From: Macrostomum lignano
Taxonomy: Eukaryota
Reading direction: 5' to 3'
Assembly (NCBI GenBank): GCA_002269645.1
Contig: NIVC01002300.1
Coordinates: forward strand, 62,001 to 126,000
Length of the DNA stretch: 64,000 bases
Below, piece by piece: positions 47,923 through 61,000 of this stretch (its first letter is position 1; each line of letters opens with the position of its first letter). The position numbers were made by a program, and so were the translations under genes. The notes beneath the pieces are model-generated. The model did not search any database. It was not told where the DNA came from and saw only the letters and a list, made by a program, of their open reading frames with translations.

Positions 47923-48669
47923 TAGCTTTTTGCAGCCCATTTGGGCTTACGCGCATTGAATTTAATCCAAGATATGTTTGTCAAAGTAATGGAGCTTTTG
48001 TCTATGGTAGCAAGGCTGGCGCAGCGGCATTAAATTTGGTCCAACAAGCATCAAGTTGGTCCATTTAGTTCATTTGCAGCTCAGTCCCAGAATCGTGGAC
48101 CATATGCTAGGCTGTTGAACGAATGTCCTTGGCTTGTGATCGAAGCACTCGACGGAGGTGAACACCCAAAGGACATTGCAAGGTTGCTGAATGTAAAAGA
48201 AAAGGTGGTTTACAGCATCCAGCAGCGCGTTGAAACTCTGCCGGCAGAGATTGCCTGCGAAAGGGTGGCAATCGCCAAGGAAAGTTGCTCGAGAGCCTCA
48301 GGTCCAACTGCTACTCGATGCAGTGGAGACGAACCCTTTGTTGACGTTGCAGAAAATGCAGCGAAAGTTGAGGGAACAGCTCCAGTTGGTTATCAGATTT
48401 CGACTATCAGCAGAACTCTGGAAAAGCAACTGAAATTTTTTGGTAGAGACGCTGACATTCCAGCGGTGCGCAAAAACCTGCAGACGGTTGAGAGAAGGCA
48501 AGAGTTTGTCCAATGGCTCACGAGTGTTTGGACCAAATTGATGCTTTTTGGACCAAATTAAATGCCGCTGCGCCAGCCTTGCTAACATAGACAAAAGCTC
48601 TGTTACAATGGCAAATATATCTTGGATTAAATTAAATGCGCGTAAGCCCAAATGGGCTGCAAAATGCTA
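47923..48669 (+). mobile_element. Internally deleted Tc1/IS630-like element with ~141-bp TIRs
   Basis: 47923-48063 is the reverse complement of 48529-48669 with few mismatches, TA on both sides. Interior encodes an HTH-like N-terminus (IEALDGGEHPKDIARLLNV, ISTISRTL, RRQEFVQWL) and no DDE domain. Confidence 0.88.
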
Positions 48670-48719
48670 TAGTAAGCACCCCCCAGATACAATAGCGAGC
48701 ATCCACCAGACAGCAAGTA

Positions 48720-49075
48720 GCTAGTGTAAATATTTCCTCTGCTAATGCAATAATCACTTTCTCACGTTGTGCATTAATCCATGTCTCAGCTAGCGCAATA
48801 ATCCGCTTCTACGCTAGTGCAAAAATCATTTTAGCATCTAGTGCAATAATCCTTTACTCATCAAGTGCAAAATCGATGTCTCAGCTAGTGCGTTAGTCCA
48901 TTTCTAAGCTAGTGCAATAATACTTAGTTTATCAAGTGCAGTAACCCTTAGTTTATCAGGTGCAGTATTTTTTGGTTTATCAAGTGCAGTAATCCTTGGT
49001 TTATCAAGCGCAGTAATCCTTTGTTTCCCAAGCGCATTAATCCATAGTTTATCAAGCGCAATAATGCAGGTCTTT
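48720..49075. repeat. Degenerate ~24-bp tandem repeat (CAAGTGCAGTAATCCTTGGTTTAT)
   Basis: Visible periodic AGTGCA/AGCGCA...AATCC units. Confidence 0.75.
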
Positions 49076-49152
49076 TTAATTAGTCCTTAATAGAAGCTTT
49101 TAATAAAAAAATAGCAATATTTTACACTACTAAGATTCGAACCCAGGTCTTC

Positions 49153-52100
49153 ACTTACTTGACTTAGCTGCTGGGCGGTCCGAAGACGCAGTGCTGAGGC
49201 AATCGTCGCTCATTCCGCTAATCCCTGAAAGACCGGCATAGGCTAGGGCGCGGGGCCGGTCAGGGAGGTCTGCCTGTCCTGTCTGCAGCGTTGTCTTCGG
49301 TGGGGAAGACGGAGGCTATAGCCTCGCTTGGTGGCCCGGAGGAACCGGATAAGCCGTGGGATGTTCTCGGGCCGGCAAGCGTCGTCCAGGGACGGGTTGG
49401 GCCCGAGGTGGTTGAGCCGGTCTCGGTTGAAGGCCAGACAGTAGCAGACGAAGTGCTTGGCGTCTTCGTTCTCGAGGTTGCAGAAAGGGCAGAGTTCGCT
49501 CCGGTGAACACTTCGGAGGAAACAATGCCTGGAAAAGCAACCGTGACCTGTGAAGGTCATAGTGAGAGCGCGGATATCTTTTCGATTTTGATTCAGAATG
49601 ATTCTCCCCATCTTGAGGGACGGATTGGGCACTGCCGCACGGGATTGGCGGCAGTTGGAGATACCATCCCATCTGCGCAAGTGCAGGATGTCCGCCCAGT
49701 CGTTAATCTGACGATTAATGACCGTGGCGGGGATGGGGACCAGGGGCGCGGGGCCAAGGAGCGAGCCAGAACAACCCACCTTGGCGAGGGAGTCGGCGAG
49801 CTCGTTACCTTTGAAGCCGGCGTGTCCTGGGATCCACGTAAGCCGGATGGTGTTCCTACGAGCCAGCTTGTTGTGCTGCCCGATACAGTTGCGGACTGTT
49901 CGGGAGTTCGTAGTGGTGTGACACAGGGCCTGCAAAGCGGCCTGGCTGTCAGAGTGGAAGAAGATTCTTCTGTCTTTGAAGTCCCTGCAGTAGAGCTCAG
50001 CTGCGCAGGAGCTGATGGCAAGGACTTCGTTCTGGAAGACGCTAGAGAGTCTGCCAGTATGTTGGGCATGAGTGGCGATCACGCAGCCGTTGATAAGGAT
50101 GCAGACTCCAAAGTCGGATAAGCCGTCTTTGGAGGATCCGTCAGTGAAGCAGTGAACCTCCTGAGGGGCCCAGCTGTCGTTGGCGTTCTCCCTGGAGGGG
50201 ATAGTGACCTTGAAGCGTTGGTAGAGGTTGAGGGAGCGCGGCTCAGTGTCCGAAAGGACAGCCGCACTCCCACTCTCCTCCAGAACTTAAGGCACAGGTC
50301 AGAGTGCTACAGGAGCTTGCGCTTTGCCATCGCTCTTTGTGGCTTGAAGCTAACGCCAGCCTCGATGAGCCGGCGGGTGGTTTTAGCAGCCTCGCGACGG
50401 ACGAAGATGTCCAGGGGCGAGAGGCAGAGAAAAGCGTTGAGGCCGTCAAAGGGAGCAAAGAGCGGGGCATTCAGAATCATGCGGCACGCGCGTCCCTGCA
50501 CCTTTTTGAGGGCTTTGTGGCAGGTTTTAATCTGCAAGGCGCTGGTCCAGACCAGGCCGGCGTAAGTAACGGCTAGTCGGACCATTGCGGTATAGATCCA
50601 CCAGAGCCGCTTCGGGGTGAGGCCCCAGGTGGTGCCGACGGCTCTGCGCAGCTGCGCAAGAATCGCGAGGGCTTTTTGGTTTTGGCCTGGACGTGGGTGG
50701 ACCAGCTCAGCCGGTGGTCCAGCGTAACGCCGAGACTCTCGGTTTGCTTGCAGGATGGGATTTCCACCCCGTAAAGCTTTAGTGGGCAAATACGCCAGTT
50801 GATCCTGCTGGTGAACAAGATTGCGACAGTTTTGGTCTCGGAGAGCCTGAGGCCGCACCTGTCCGCCCATTGTTCGGCAGAGCGAATAAAGTTTTGCAGA
50901 AGATCCCTAAAGGTTTCGGGTGACGGTCCGGATGCTACGGCTGTAACATCATCGGCGTAACCGACCTTAAGAATGGGGTCAAGAAGGCTGTCCTGAAGGA
51001 TATCATCGATGACCATGTTCCAGAGAAGTGGAGAGAGAACACCGCCCTGGGGGCTGCCTTTGCAGATGGTTACCTCCGTTGGTGGCCCAGCAGGTGTGCG
51101 GTGGCAGTACAGTGGCTGATCATATACATGATCCACCGGGTGAGGTGCGAGTGGGTTCCTCTAGCACGTAGAGCTCTGTCGAAAGCCTCAAAGAGGAAAT
51201 TATCGAAGGCTCCAACAATGTCGAGGAAGACAGCGAGAGCGTAGCCATTACCAAGAACGGCTTTCTCCAGCATGTCAACCAAGACGTGTAGCGCGCTCTC
51301 CATGGACCTGCCTGCCCTAAAGGTGTGCTGGTTCTCACTGAGTGGCTTGTTCTTCAGTTCTACAGAGAGGAGGCGCCAAAGCACTAGTCTCTCCAACAGC
51401 TTCACGAGTGAGGAGGTGAGGCTGATTGGTCTGAAGGATTTAATGGACCGGTAGTCCGGTCGGCCGGGCTTGGGGATAAAAACCACCTTCACCTCGGTCC
51501 AGGGTTTTGGAACAAAGCCGAGTAAAATGCAAGCTTTCAGGAGCCGGCAAAGGTTCCACAGGAAACCGGTGCATTTCACCGCCTCTCGCAGGAAGGCTGG
51601 CACAACGCCGTCCGGTCCTGGCGATTTGAAGGGTTTGAAGGAGGAGACTGCTTTAGTAACGCGGTCCCCCGTAATGATTGAGTCAGCCAGTACGTGTCCG
51701 CCCACTGAATGATCAGGGGGTCCGGCCTGGCTGGCTCGTGCGGTAAAAAGGCTGTTAGCATCGCCTCCAGCGTTTCTCCTGGGTTCTCAGTGAGCGAGCC
51801 GTCGGCTCTCTTTACTGAGGAAAGTTTGGACATTTTGTCCAGAGTGAGGGCTTTAACGATTCTGGAGGTGGGGCGGGAGCCCTCAAGTTCCTCACAGTAT
51901 TCGCGCCACTTATTGGTTTTGTTTTGGCGTTCCTAACCGGCCTCTTGAACTCGTGGATAGAGTTCAGGTAGGCGGTTTAGTCAGCCGGTTTTTTTAGTTT
52001 TTTGGGCCCTACGGTGCAGCCTTTGGCTTTGCAACGGAGGTCGCCAAGCTGCGGGTTCCACCATGGGGCCGACTGTTTGCCTTTATATGCCTTTAGTAGG

Positions 52101-54130
52101 CATGATATTTCGAAGGCAGCAGTGAGCGAGTCCGAGTGACCTATCTAGTTATATAGTATCTGTGCCAGCGGTTAAACACTGGTAGCCGGTGGGGACATGT
52201 TGGGGCCTGCCCCTTAGCGTCCAAGGTTCCTGGATAAGGATAATCCCTGGTGCGTATTGTTCAGTGGGCTTCATGAGGTTGACTGAAGAAGCAATGCTGT
52301 GCTGCAGGTTGACCTGCAAGCAGTGAGTGCCCTGGGAGACTTTCATGGCTACTGTCCAGGGGAGGAGAAAAGCAACTCATTCTCAGCCTCCTCGGTGAGA
52401 GTTAAGTCGCCAATTTCCATTGGCTCAGGCTCAGCCGCCTCCCCGGCCACGGAGGTGGACGCGGCGCCCATGGAAGGTGAGTCACCTGGCCGCGCTGCAC
52501 GGCTTCCCTCCCCAGCAACTGAGGTACGGCTGCTGCCTTCGCCGTACGCCCCGCCGTCGGGAGTCTGAACTCGGCCGGCAGCGTCCTCCTTGTGGCAGTC
52601 CCACCAGTTGGATGGCTGAGCCTGAGCTTCACCAAGTGCGCGCTGAACTAGCCCGGACCGCCTGCTACTGCGGGCGGGTCCACGTCCGCGCGAGGTGGAC
52701 TCAGCAGCGCGAATAGCCTTGTTAGGCTCGGGATCGGGTTGCTGCTGACGCTTGGCCGGCGGAGCCTGAGCCCCAGCTCCGGGTGCGGCGCGCTTCCCGT
52801 CGTTCTTGGCCTCCGTATTGCCCTCCTCACAGCGGAGGATGGTCAGCTGATGGAGACCAAGGTGGAGGTTCGAGCCGTGCGGTAGCCGCCGTCAGGCCGA
52901 GAATGAGAGTGTTGTGGTACACAAGACCACTGACGTCGAGATCCGGGTGCCGCTTGAGCAGGAGCTGCTGCAGCTGCTCCCCGGACTTGATCGCGCTGTC
53001 GGCCGGGACCCAAATCCGATGGCGGATGGTCTTCGGCCGCTCGCTCTCCAGGGCGAAGGTCAGCTGGCCCAGGTCAATGGGCCAGTCGAACATGGGCAGC
53101 TGATCCCGCAGGAGCTGGGTGCTCTCCTCGGATTTGCACCACAGGAGGATGCACTTGACGATGTCCACAAAGACACCCTCCAGGGTTAAGTTAAACAGGC
53201 TCTCGTCGATAGTGCGCCACGCACGACGTCGAGCTGCTCGGGAGTAAGGTCGCAGTCCCCGCCGAGGATCATCACGGCGGGTTGAAGCGTCTGCTTGACT
53301 TTGGAGGCATAGGTCTCCGAGGTCTTATGGGGGGCCACTTTGTCCTTGGAAGGCGGTAGGCTGGCAGGGTTGCCCCCCTGAGAGTCCGAGGATACGGCAG
53401 TTCCTGACGTCCAGCCGCGCCACCAGACTCTCCAGAGGGCTTCCCCATCGCGGTGGCTACCGAAGGCCTCACCGCGGCTTGCCCGTCCTCCGCGGACGCA
53501 ACAGCAGTCCGCTTCTCCTGCCGCTTAAGGTTGCGGCGGATGTTGCGCTGGCGTCGGGCCTCGGCCGTGGGCGGTCGGCTTGACTGGCGGCCAGGGTGCT
53601 CGGCGGCAGCGTCAGCTGGCCCGGTTGGACCAGGTTGGGCGTTGGAGCTACCAGCGGTAGCTGCCGGAGCGGCTGATCCCGGTGGGCCGTGGCGACCGGG
53701 TCAGTTTCGTTGGTGGTGGTGGCGTTAGTGGCCATAGCTGAAAAGCGGGGGAGGGCTACTCGTTACGCGAGTTGAGTACCCGACTGGCCGACACCCCAAG
53801 CCAGCCGGTTTGAAAAACGGGACCGCTAGCGACCGGATTACTCCCCGGCCTTCCAGCCCATCGGCACGGTCAACACCTTAGGCATTAGAGGGTACGTTAA
53901 GCGCAGTACCACGGCCTGCAGGCTGGCGAACCAGACCCGCACACCCAAGTTCGGCCGAAGCCACTGGATGGGTCGTCAGCGCCGGAGCCCAGTCTGTCCA
54001 GCAGCCCTACATTCAGAACACTCGCGGGGACGTGTACCCCTGGGTCGACTTGCGAGACATCGTGGCGGGTCTGCGGCTGCCAGAGGCAAATAGAGGGTGC
54101 AGATATCCCACCAGCCTTTACCTGCTGACT
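49153..54130 (-). mobile_element. Non-LTR retrotransposon, LOA/R1 group (Lian-like), ORF1 + APE-RT-RNase H, decayed
   Basis: ORF1 ~53735-52570. APE start QVNLQHS...IQEPW (52346). RT motifs FRPISLTSSLVKLLER, FLDIVGAFD, GSPQGGVLSPLLW, GYADD. RNase H motifs EVLAI, SDSQAAL, WIPGH...GNELADSLAK. C-terminal CPFC...HFVCYC. Many frameshifts. Both ends approximate. Confidence 0.9.
53943..54058 (-). ncRNA. Candidate HDV-like ribozyme in the LINE 5' UTR
   Basis: Manual fold gives P2 ACCCAG/TTGGGT, P3 GGG/CCC, L3 UACACGU, P1.1 AC/GU, a long P4 and J4/2 CGAA. P1 is only 5 of 7 bp. Confidence 0.55.
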
Positions 54131-57009
54131 GACGTAAACCTAGCCTCACGCCATCCTCACAATTTTTGAAAACATCGTGCGATGGCTGCGATGCTGCCCT
54201 AAATAGTCAGATACGATGAAGACAAATATGCAATGCCTGTTTTTGCATCGATATATGCCATGGTCGTGAGTGTGTGCGGCTCTAAAATATGAAAGCATGA
54301 GGATGGCGTGAGGATGGCGTGAGGATGGCTTCCCAAAGATGCACATATCAACGAATTCGTGCGATGATTTCTAAATCCTATATAGGCACGTGCCAGCAAT
54401 AACCAGCCTATTGTGATGCAATGTTGCATGTACCGTCAAGGAAAAATTTCTGATCGAACAGTGCAAGTTCGAAGAGAATCGGTTGAGCCGTTTTTGATAA
54501 AAACCGTTCACATAACTACCTACCTAGATAGATACTACCGACAGACCATTTTTAGTATCCCGTCATCACCCTGAAGCCGTCGGAGACCAGCTGAGGATGT
54601 CCAGTAGTTGAGGCTTGCCCACTGTCGAGGCTTGATCGGCGAAACTAGAGACATTCGCATCAGGGTGTCCATAGTCACCTGCTGCCACCTGTTAAAGGTC
54701 CAGAAGCTCCGCCTGGGTGAAGGCTAGTGACCAACGAAGTCACAGCTGATGCAGACACATGTGATCGACGTGCTGATGAAAGTTAAAGACTCGGCAAGGC
54801 TGCACTGAGGCGCAGTGCTGATTGGCGCACAGGGGTGTACTGAATACACTTGCGCTCATGAAAAAATCCGACCTTCTGGCAGAATCGTCGAATATCTCGA
54901 CGGTCTGGAGAGTAGGCGACTTGATTCTTGTTTAAGAACGTGCGCAACAAAAAGTTGCCCGTGTTCTTAAATTTCGTGTGCCTGCGTTGCTCCAATACGG
55001 CGCAGCAAAAAATATTGTCAGGGGGGAATTCCCCCCTCTGGTAGTTCTAGCTACTGTTAAAAGTGAGTGTCGCGTCCTGTGAGCATAGCTATATGTTGCT
55101 TTAGTTGGCCTGTGTACGAATATGAATGAGTGAATTAATGAAATGAATGAATGAATATTAATGATAGCATGCAAGGCTTTCAATGTGGATTTTCCTTAAG
55201 AAATTAACGATACTGACTGCAGGAAGGTAAAAAACTAAGTTTATACTAGAAAATTTTCTTTCTTTGTTGCCTCCCCAATGGGGGGGGAGCAGATTGCTAG
55301 TCCAGTATACTAAAAGTCTGAAAACTGAGAGTGGCATCTATAAATAAAACTAAACTAGGCAAATGAATTTACATGAGAGAGACACCAAGTTGTGCACACC
55401 TTCAAAAACTTAACTAATTGGCTTTATCTCGAGTTTGGACTTCAGTTTATCCATTCGATATCATTTTTGAGTTCTTTTAGCACAAATCACAGAAACGTAA
55501 GTTGAATTGTCAGAAATTTTGCACAGAAAGAAGGGAAATGATTGTTTTATTGCTCCATTTTTTATTCGGCATAATAAAATGCAGTACAATTTTTGGAGAA
55601 TTATTGAAACTTCTCGGGGTAATTCCACAGAAAACTACGAGTAGCTATTTTTCCTTGATAGTTTGGGAAAGTCTTTTAATTCAATTGAGGTTCAAAATAT
55701 CGAATTTATCATTTCACATTTTTTCTATTTTTGAAAAAAGCGGTTCCGCAAATTAAAATTGAAGCATTTCGAACAAAAGTGAACGAATTCCGACTTTAAA
55801 CTATATCTTTTAGTTGAAACGTAGGCAGCTAATTTATTAAAACTTTCGAATCCATAGGTTTTTTAAAAGCGAATTCCTAACATTAAAAAATTATCTCTCA
55901 AAAATATCAGACGCGATTCAAAATGTGATCGATCTTATTTTACAATCAGTTGTGCTCACAATTGCTCAAATCTATATAACAAATCAGAAAATACATTCTA
56001 AACAAAAAAACCTGAACACATGACACACAACCCGCTGAAACATATGCACTCATGTTAGAAGCAATTTATAGGTAGCTACCTTCCGTGTCCAAATTATACA
56101 CAGTTAGTGCAAATGACTTAATATGGTTGGTGAGCGGTGAGAGGCATAGGTGAGTCATATAGTTTGTGAGATAGCTCACTGACTGTTCAAGGCAAAAAAA
56201 GCTACATTTAGTTTATTCTGAACATTTTATTCTTTTCTGCGTTTAATTCTCTGAATCAGGGGGTGGCGCATATTGTTAGTCCACTCTACTAAGAATGAGT
56301 TGTCTCTAGCTATGTGAATTGATTTCAGAAATAACGGCTCAACAGTTTTTCATGAAAATTGCACCGTTCGATCCGCAATTTTCAGTATCGAACTTCCACA
56401 CTTTTATTCACAAGCCACTCTACCCCCAGAATCAACTGATAGTTCCTCTCTCATGTTTTTTATGATTGATGGGTTTCGACCTTTCGGCCCCCTTGTGGGG
56501 AAGCCTTCGGGCCTCAGGCTCAGAAATAAATCAATTAGAGTCCTGGCCCCCCACTCCTGTCAGATGGTCAGCCCCATGGTAGCTTGATAGTGTGGCGAGC
56601 AGTCTAGGTCCTATAGCTAAGAGGGGGACAGCGAGAGACAAGCAGGGAGAATTTTGAAGGTAGAAATTAGTTAACCCGCAGGTTAGCTAACTCGCTGCCA
56701 CCAGCCCGTGCGTCCTGGCTCACCACACCGGGACTCTCGAAATCGGGCTTCCGACTAGAAGGGGCTTTGCACTTACCTGCCAACTAGTGTCTTTTTGCTG
56801 TCAATCTCGAAGTCATAGCCGATGATAAGGGACACTGCTGGGACACTGCAGAGTGTTCAACAGAAGCTGGTTTAGCAGGAGGCGGCCTGTCTCAACTGCA
56901 ACTGAAGGACAGCTTCGTACTCGTGCGTATTCAGTTTGTTGTCTACATTAGATATTGAGCAAAAATATTAGCAGCATCGTTAAGGTGAAAGTCTAAAAAG
57001 TTGGATATA

Positions 57010-57350
57010 ATTAAAAGTAGGTACCACCATCCAGCATTACACGTATGTCTTTGAGAATCTGCAGGCTCCTCCTGACCACTTATCATTATCCGCATCGAAG
57101 GTGCTGAACTGCATTTCTCTGCGATACGCTGTCGTATCCTTAAAAAGGTCGCCACGTGCAACCCGGCTCCTGATCTCCGAGCACCAGCCTTTGTAATTCT
57201 CGTTCGCTCCGCGCAACGTACCCAAAGCCCTTTAAGTCGAACGTATATAACTGTACCATTGAGTCGAACTCCTTCATAGATGACTTTGCGATGTGCTGGT
57301 CTTTTTTCAGGGTTAAAAGTTGCTTTAAAGCTGTCGGATTGATGAGTTAG
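57010..57350 (-). pseudogene. Fibrinogen C-domain (FReD) distal fragment, frameshifted
   Basis: RGDLFKDTTAYRREMQFSTFDADNDKWSGGAC followed, after a frame change, by NAGWWY. This matches the FReD GD..H.GM.FST.D.DND...C...GGWWY pattern. Confidence 0.7.
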
Positions 57351-57692
57351 AACAGAAACTGCATTTAATTTATGTTTTATTTGAATGCTTACCATATAGC
57401 GTACTTTTCAGCTAGAGTCTCAAATTCCACCCAGCAACCACTCTCGAAGACTATGAGCCATTTTGCCAGGTTTAGCAACTTCATCTGCGCCTACCAGTTC
57501 AGTTTCATTCCACGCAGCGCTCTTCTTTGTCTAATATTAGTGCCAAATGAGTCTTCCTGCAGCACAGACTCAACGCCCTCACTCATTCACGTCGCATTTC
57601 TGTTTGAGCGTTCACTGACTGTGCTTATTCAGTCCCAACTAGAAAGTTTACAAACCAGAAAAGCAGTCAGTTTTGTTTAGCCCCAGTAATTA

Positions 57693-57826
<134 letters not shown>

Positions 57827-57840
57827 ATTCTAGTAAACTG

Positions 57841-58022
57841 CTGGGGCGGATCAGGAGGAGGGGCAAGGGGGCCATGCCCCCCTTAGCCGTGGCCAAAAAA
57901 ATTGAGCCCATACTTTTCTGGCCTGTACAACTATGCAAGCTATAGTCTATTATAAAATTCTGTGTTGTATTATTGCAGCTTGGTATAGCTTGCCCCCTCC
58001 CCCAATTTTTGTATCCGCCCCT
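57841..58022. mobile_element. Small MITE-like element with GGGGCGGAT...ATCCGCCCC ends
   Basis: Terminal inverted 9-mer plus GGGGCAAG / CTTGCCCC internal inverted repeat. TSD is degenerate (GTAAACTG / ATAAACTA). Confidence 0.55.
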
Positions 58023-61000
58023 ATAAACTATAATTATCAAATAATTTTTTCCTGTATCTGCTACATACTTTATATATGTACATGTTAATTATCATCGTTC
58101 TTTAAATTACTTCCTTCTCATCAAAATCACGTAGAGTTCCGGATTCTACATGAACATCTAGTCCTACTGTTTTTATTGCTACTATGCATTTACTGGTTCT
58201 GTATACGAGCTACAGTAGTTGTGTACATGTACATGTAAATACTGCATATACAGTATATGTACATATACATGTAATTATACATATACTGCATGCATATATA
58301 GTACATACTGCTACTGCAGTATGCGTACGCTTTTAATTAAACGCGGTCACGTTTTCAGCTACGATTAATACACTGCTGTGAAAGGGCTACTAAAACGCCC
58401 AATTCATGTAACCATGTATAAATGTATACATGTATGAATTATCGACCCCTCTGTCCATAACTGTCGAATCTGTCAATGCAGACAATGGACGTTCCTTGCC
58501 CTTATATCTTGACTGACATCCATTAAGAATCCGCTTGGCTTTGCCTCCATATCAGTGCATTCATGAATTTAGTAGTCTTTTCATTGCAGATAGCAAAAAT
58601 CCTGTATACCGAGAGCAGTTTTTCTAACTAAATAATAATGTAATCATCTGCTACAAGTGTACACACAACTTTTTATTCTTATTTTCACAAAAACGCACAG
58701 TATAACAAAGCTACCGTATTTCTTGTAGTATTCTAAGACTTTTGTAGAAACAATACAAAAAATTACTTCAAGGAGTGCTAGTAAACCTTTTTCAAAGAAA
58801 AAAAGCAAATTTAGTTTGATAATACGAATTGATGACAATAATAATGCCTCGTATTCAATTTTACTGTGTCGTGTTCATTAATTGCAGACTGGAATTTAGA
58901 TATTGCAGAAAAAATCTAAAAAATGAGTAGTTTCCCGCTGAAGAGACTCAACCCTTTAAAAAAATAGAATAGATATAGGTAGTCAATTTTTTATGGATAG
59001 TAGATGTAATTTTTAATTTAGTTTTATATGTTATGACGATGAGTCTTCTGACTCAAATTTTTTCACTTTCGTTATGCTTCTTGTTTTTAATCATTTCACT
59101 AAATGCGCATATGTTTTATGGGCAGTTTATTATAAAACATAAATGCGCATATGTCTTACGGGTAGTTTATTTATTGGTCACAATGCTTTCTCTGAGCTTA
59201 GGAAAGAAGTTAGGAACCTAAAACTTTAGTACAAACAATAAGCACTTAATACAAGCATGTAAATAATCACCTGTTAGGCTGTTGGGTTACAACTGTTGAC
59301 AATAAGTTTCTCCCATTACTAAAAAATACTGATTATCATATAATTTTTGAAAGTATTCATTAAACCTGAAGTTATAGAAACTTTAATTTCAGAGAAGCAA
59401 GGGTATATGGAAAAAAAGTTTACACCCCATAATCCCAGACTAGAGACTGATGTTTTTTATACTTGGCTTTAAGCTTCTTATATTTGTTAACTTAACATCT
59501 CAATAATTGCATAAACTGGCTACTATGACCTATGGGTCACTAGATGAAGCGATGTACAATAATAATATACAGTATGCAATGCAAACATTTACCTATCAAA
59601 ATTTTGAAAACTTATCTATATCTAGTGATTTATTGCTACTCACAAATCAGATTATAATATAGTATAAAGAAAAAAGGTCATTATTTAAAGTATTCTTTAA
59701 ATATAAATAAAATAATTATGATGTGCATATTTGTTTTAAGACCAAATAAAAAAATCTGGGTTTTTTACTATTCCAAATTATTTTTTGCTTTAGAGTGCAA
59801 TCCCACACAATTCATGCAATTTTGTTTTCCATATTATCTAATCTGATATCTTATATTGTTTTAATTTGAACCTATTGGCCAGTAATATTGCAGCTAATAA
59901 TTCATAGAGCCCCAATATGAGCTTACTAATATGTTAATACCTAATCACTGAGTGGCTGCACTACTTCTAGTAGCATTTACAACTGAATTCCTGAGGAAGG
60001 CCCCACTTGTTTTATGTACGAAAATCTTATGTTAGTATGCATTTTAAACTTGCGCAAAACGAAGAAAAACTTTTTGTTTCACTTTCCGTGTTTCTCTAAA
60101 TAATTTTCCCGATTTAATTTTTGTTATAAACAATGATGAAAATTGGTATAAATAGATGCATTTCGGAGCCAGAAGAGTCAACCTGGTTTGCGGTTTCAAG
60201 CCACCAAGCAGCGCAAATAAGTGAAGCATATAATAGTGAGTTGTTCAAGAAATATTTGAGAAGTGTTTTCCGAGTTAACTGTTTTATTTTTCTAAAGTAA
60301 AGTGAAGTAGACTGAAGCATATACAGTATATACTACTGAGAAGTAGAAGTAGAAAGAACAAAGTAGATCCTAGAGAATACATATAGAAGTAAACGAGGCT
60401 GTGACCCTCTGATCTCGGTAACGCCCAGGACTTGGAAATACATGCAATACATATACCAGTAAGCCAATACACCGCTCAGGCCAAATTATTAGTAGAACAC
60501 TACCAGAACAATAGTAAACGCTACCGGAATAACAGAAAGATAAGGACTAAATGGTATTCTAAGAATAATCCTCAAATATATACTTAGACAACTACTCAGA
60601 TAAAGAAACATTCCAAGAAACATTTCTCAGACTTATTCTAAGATTAATAAACTCATAATTTATTAATAGCTACCAACATTAAGACATTTAATATAGAAAG
60701 AAGTATAACCCCTAGTACAACTTGGTGGCATTGTGGGATTATTTATAAAGACAGAAGGTTAGCCCTTTGACATTCCTTATTGTACCAAGTTTTTAACTTC
60801 ATTAACTACATCACTTTACAAGTTTCCAGCGACCCTCTCAGTAAATTTAATTCTTTTTGTCTCTTTTTTATTTGTTTAACTATAAAAGAGTTGGCGCCAA
60901 AAGTAAAAATGAGACTCACAACTTTTATACTTAGACTCGTTGGTAAAATGAGGAATAATTATTCATTTTTTGTGATCTGAATGTGCTGATTAGATGCGCT

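Noticed and set aside
47011-47984. Long Cys/Leu-rich ORFs (179-307 aa)
   Set aside because: They are translations of the 18/19-bp minisatellite.
49130-49155. tRNA T-arm-like GGTTCGAATC next to the LOA 3' end, suggesting tRNA-targeted insertion
   Set aside because: No matching tRNA 5' half was found at the other end of the element, and the match is too short.
54144-54330. 17-bp inverted repeat CCTCACGCCATCCTCAC / GTGAGGATGGCGTGAGG
   Set aside because: Real but no TSD was found, and it derives from a short 11-bp tandem motif, so it could not be classified.
56465-56520. Hammerhead-like hairpin on the minus strand (GGCTTCCCC-ACAA-GGGGGCC-GAAA)
   Set aside because: The CUGANGA core is absent (CTGAGGC / CCCGAAG), and stems I and III could not be formed.
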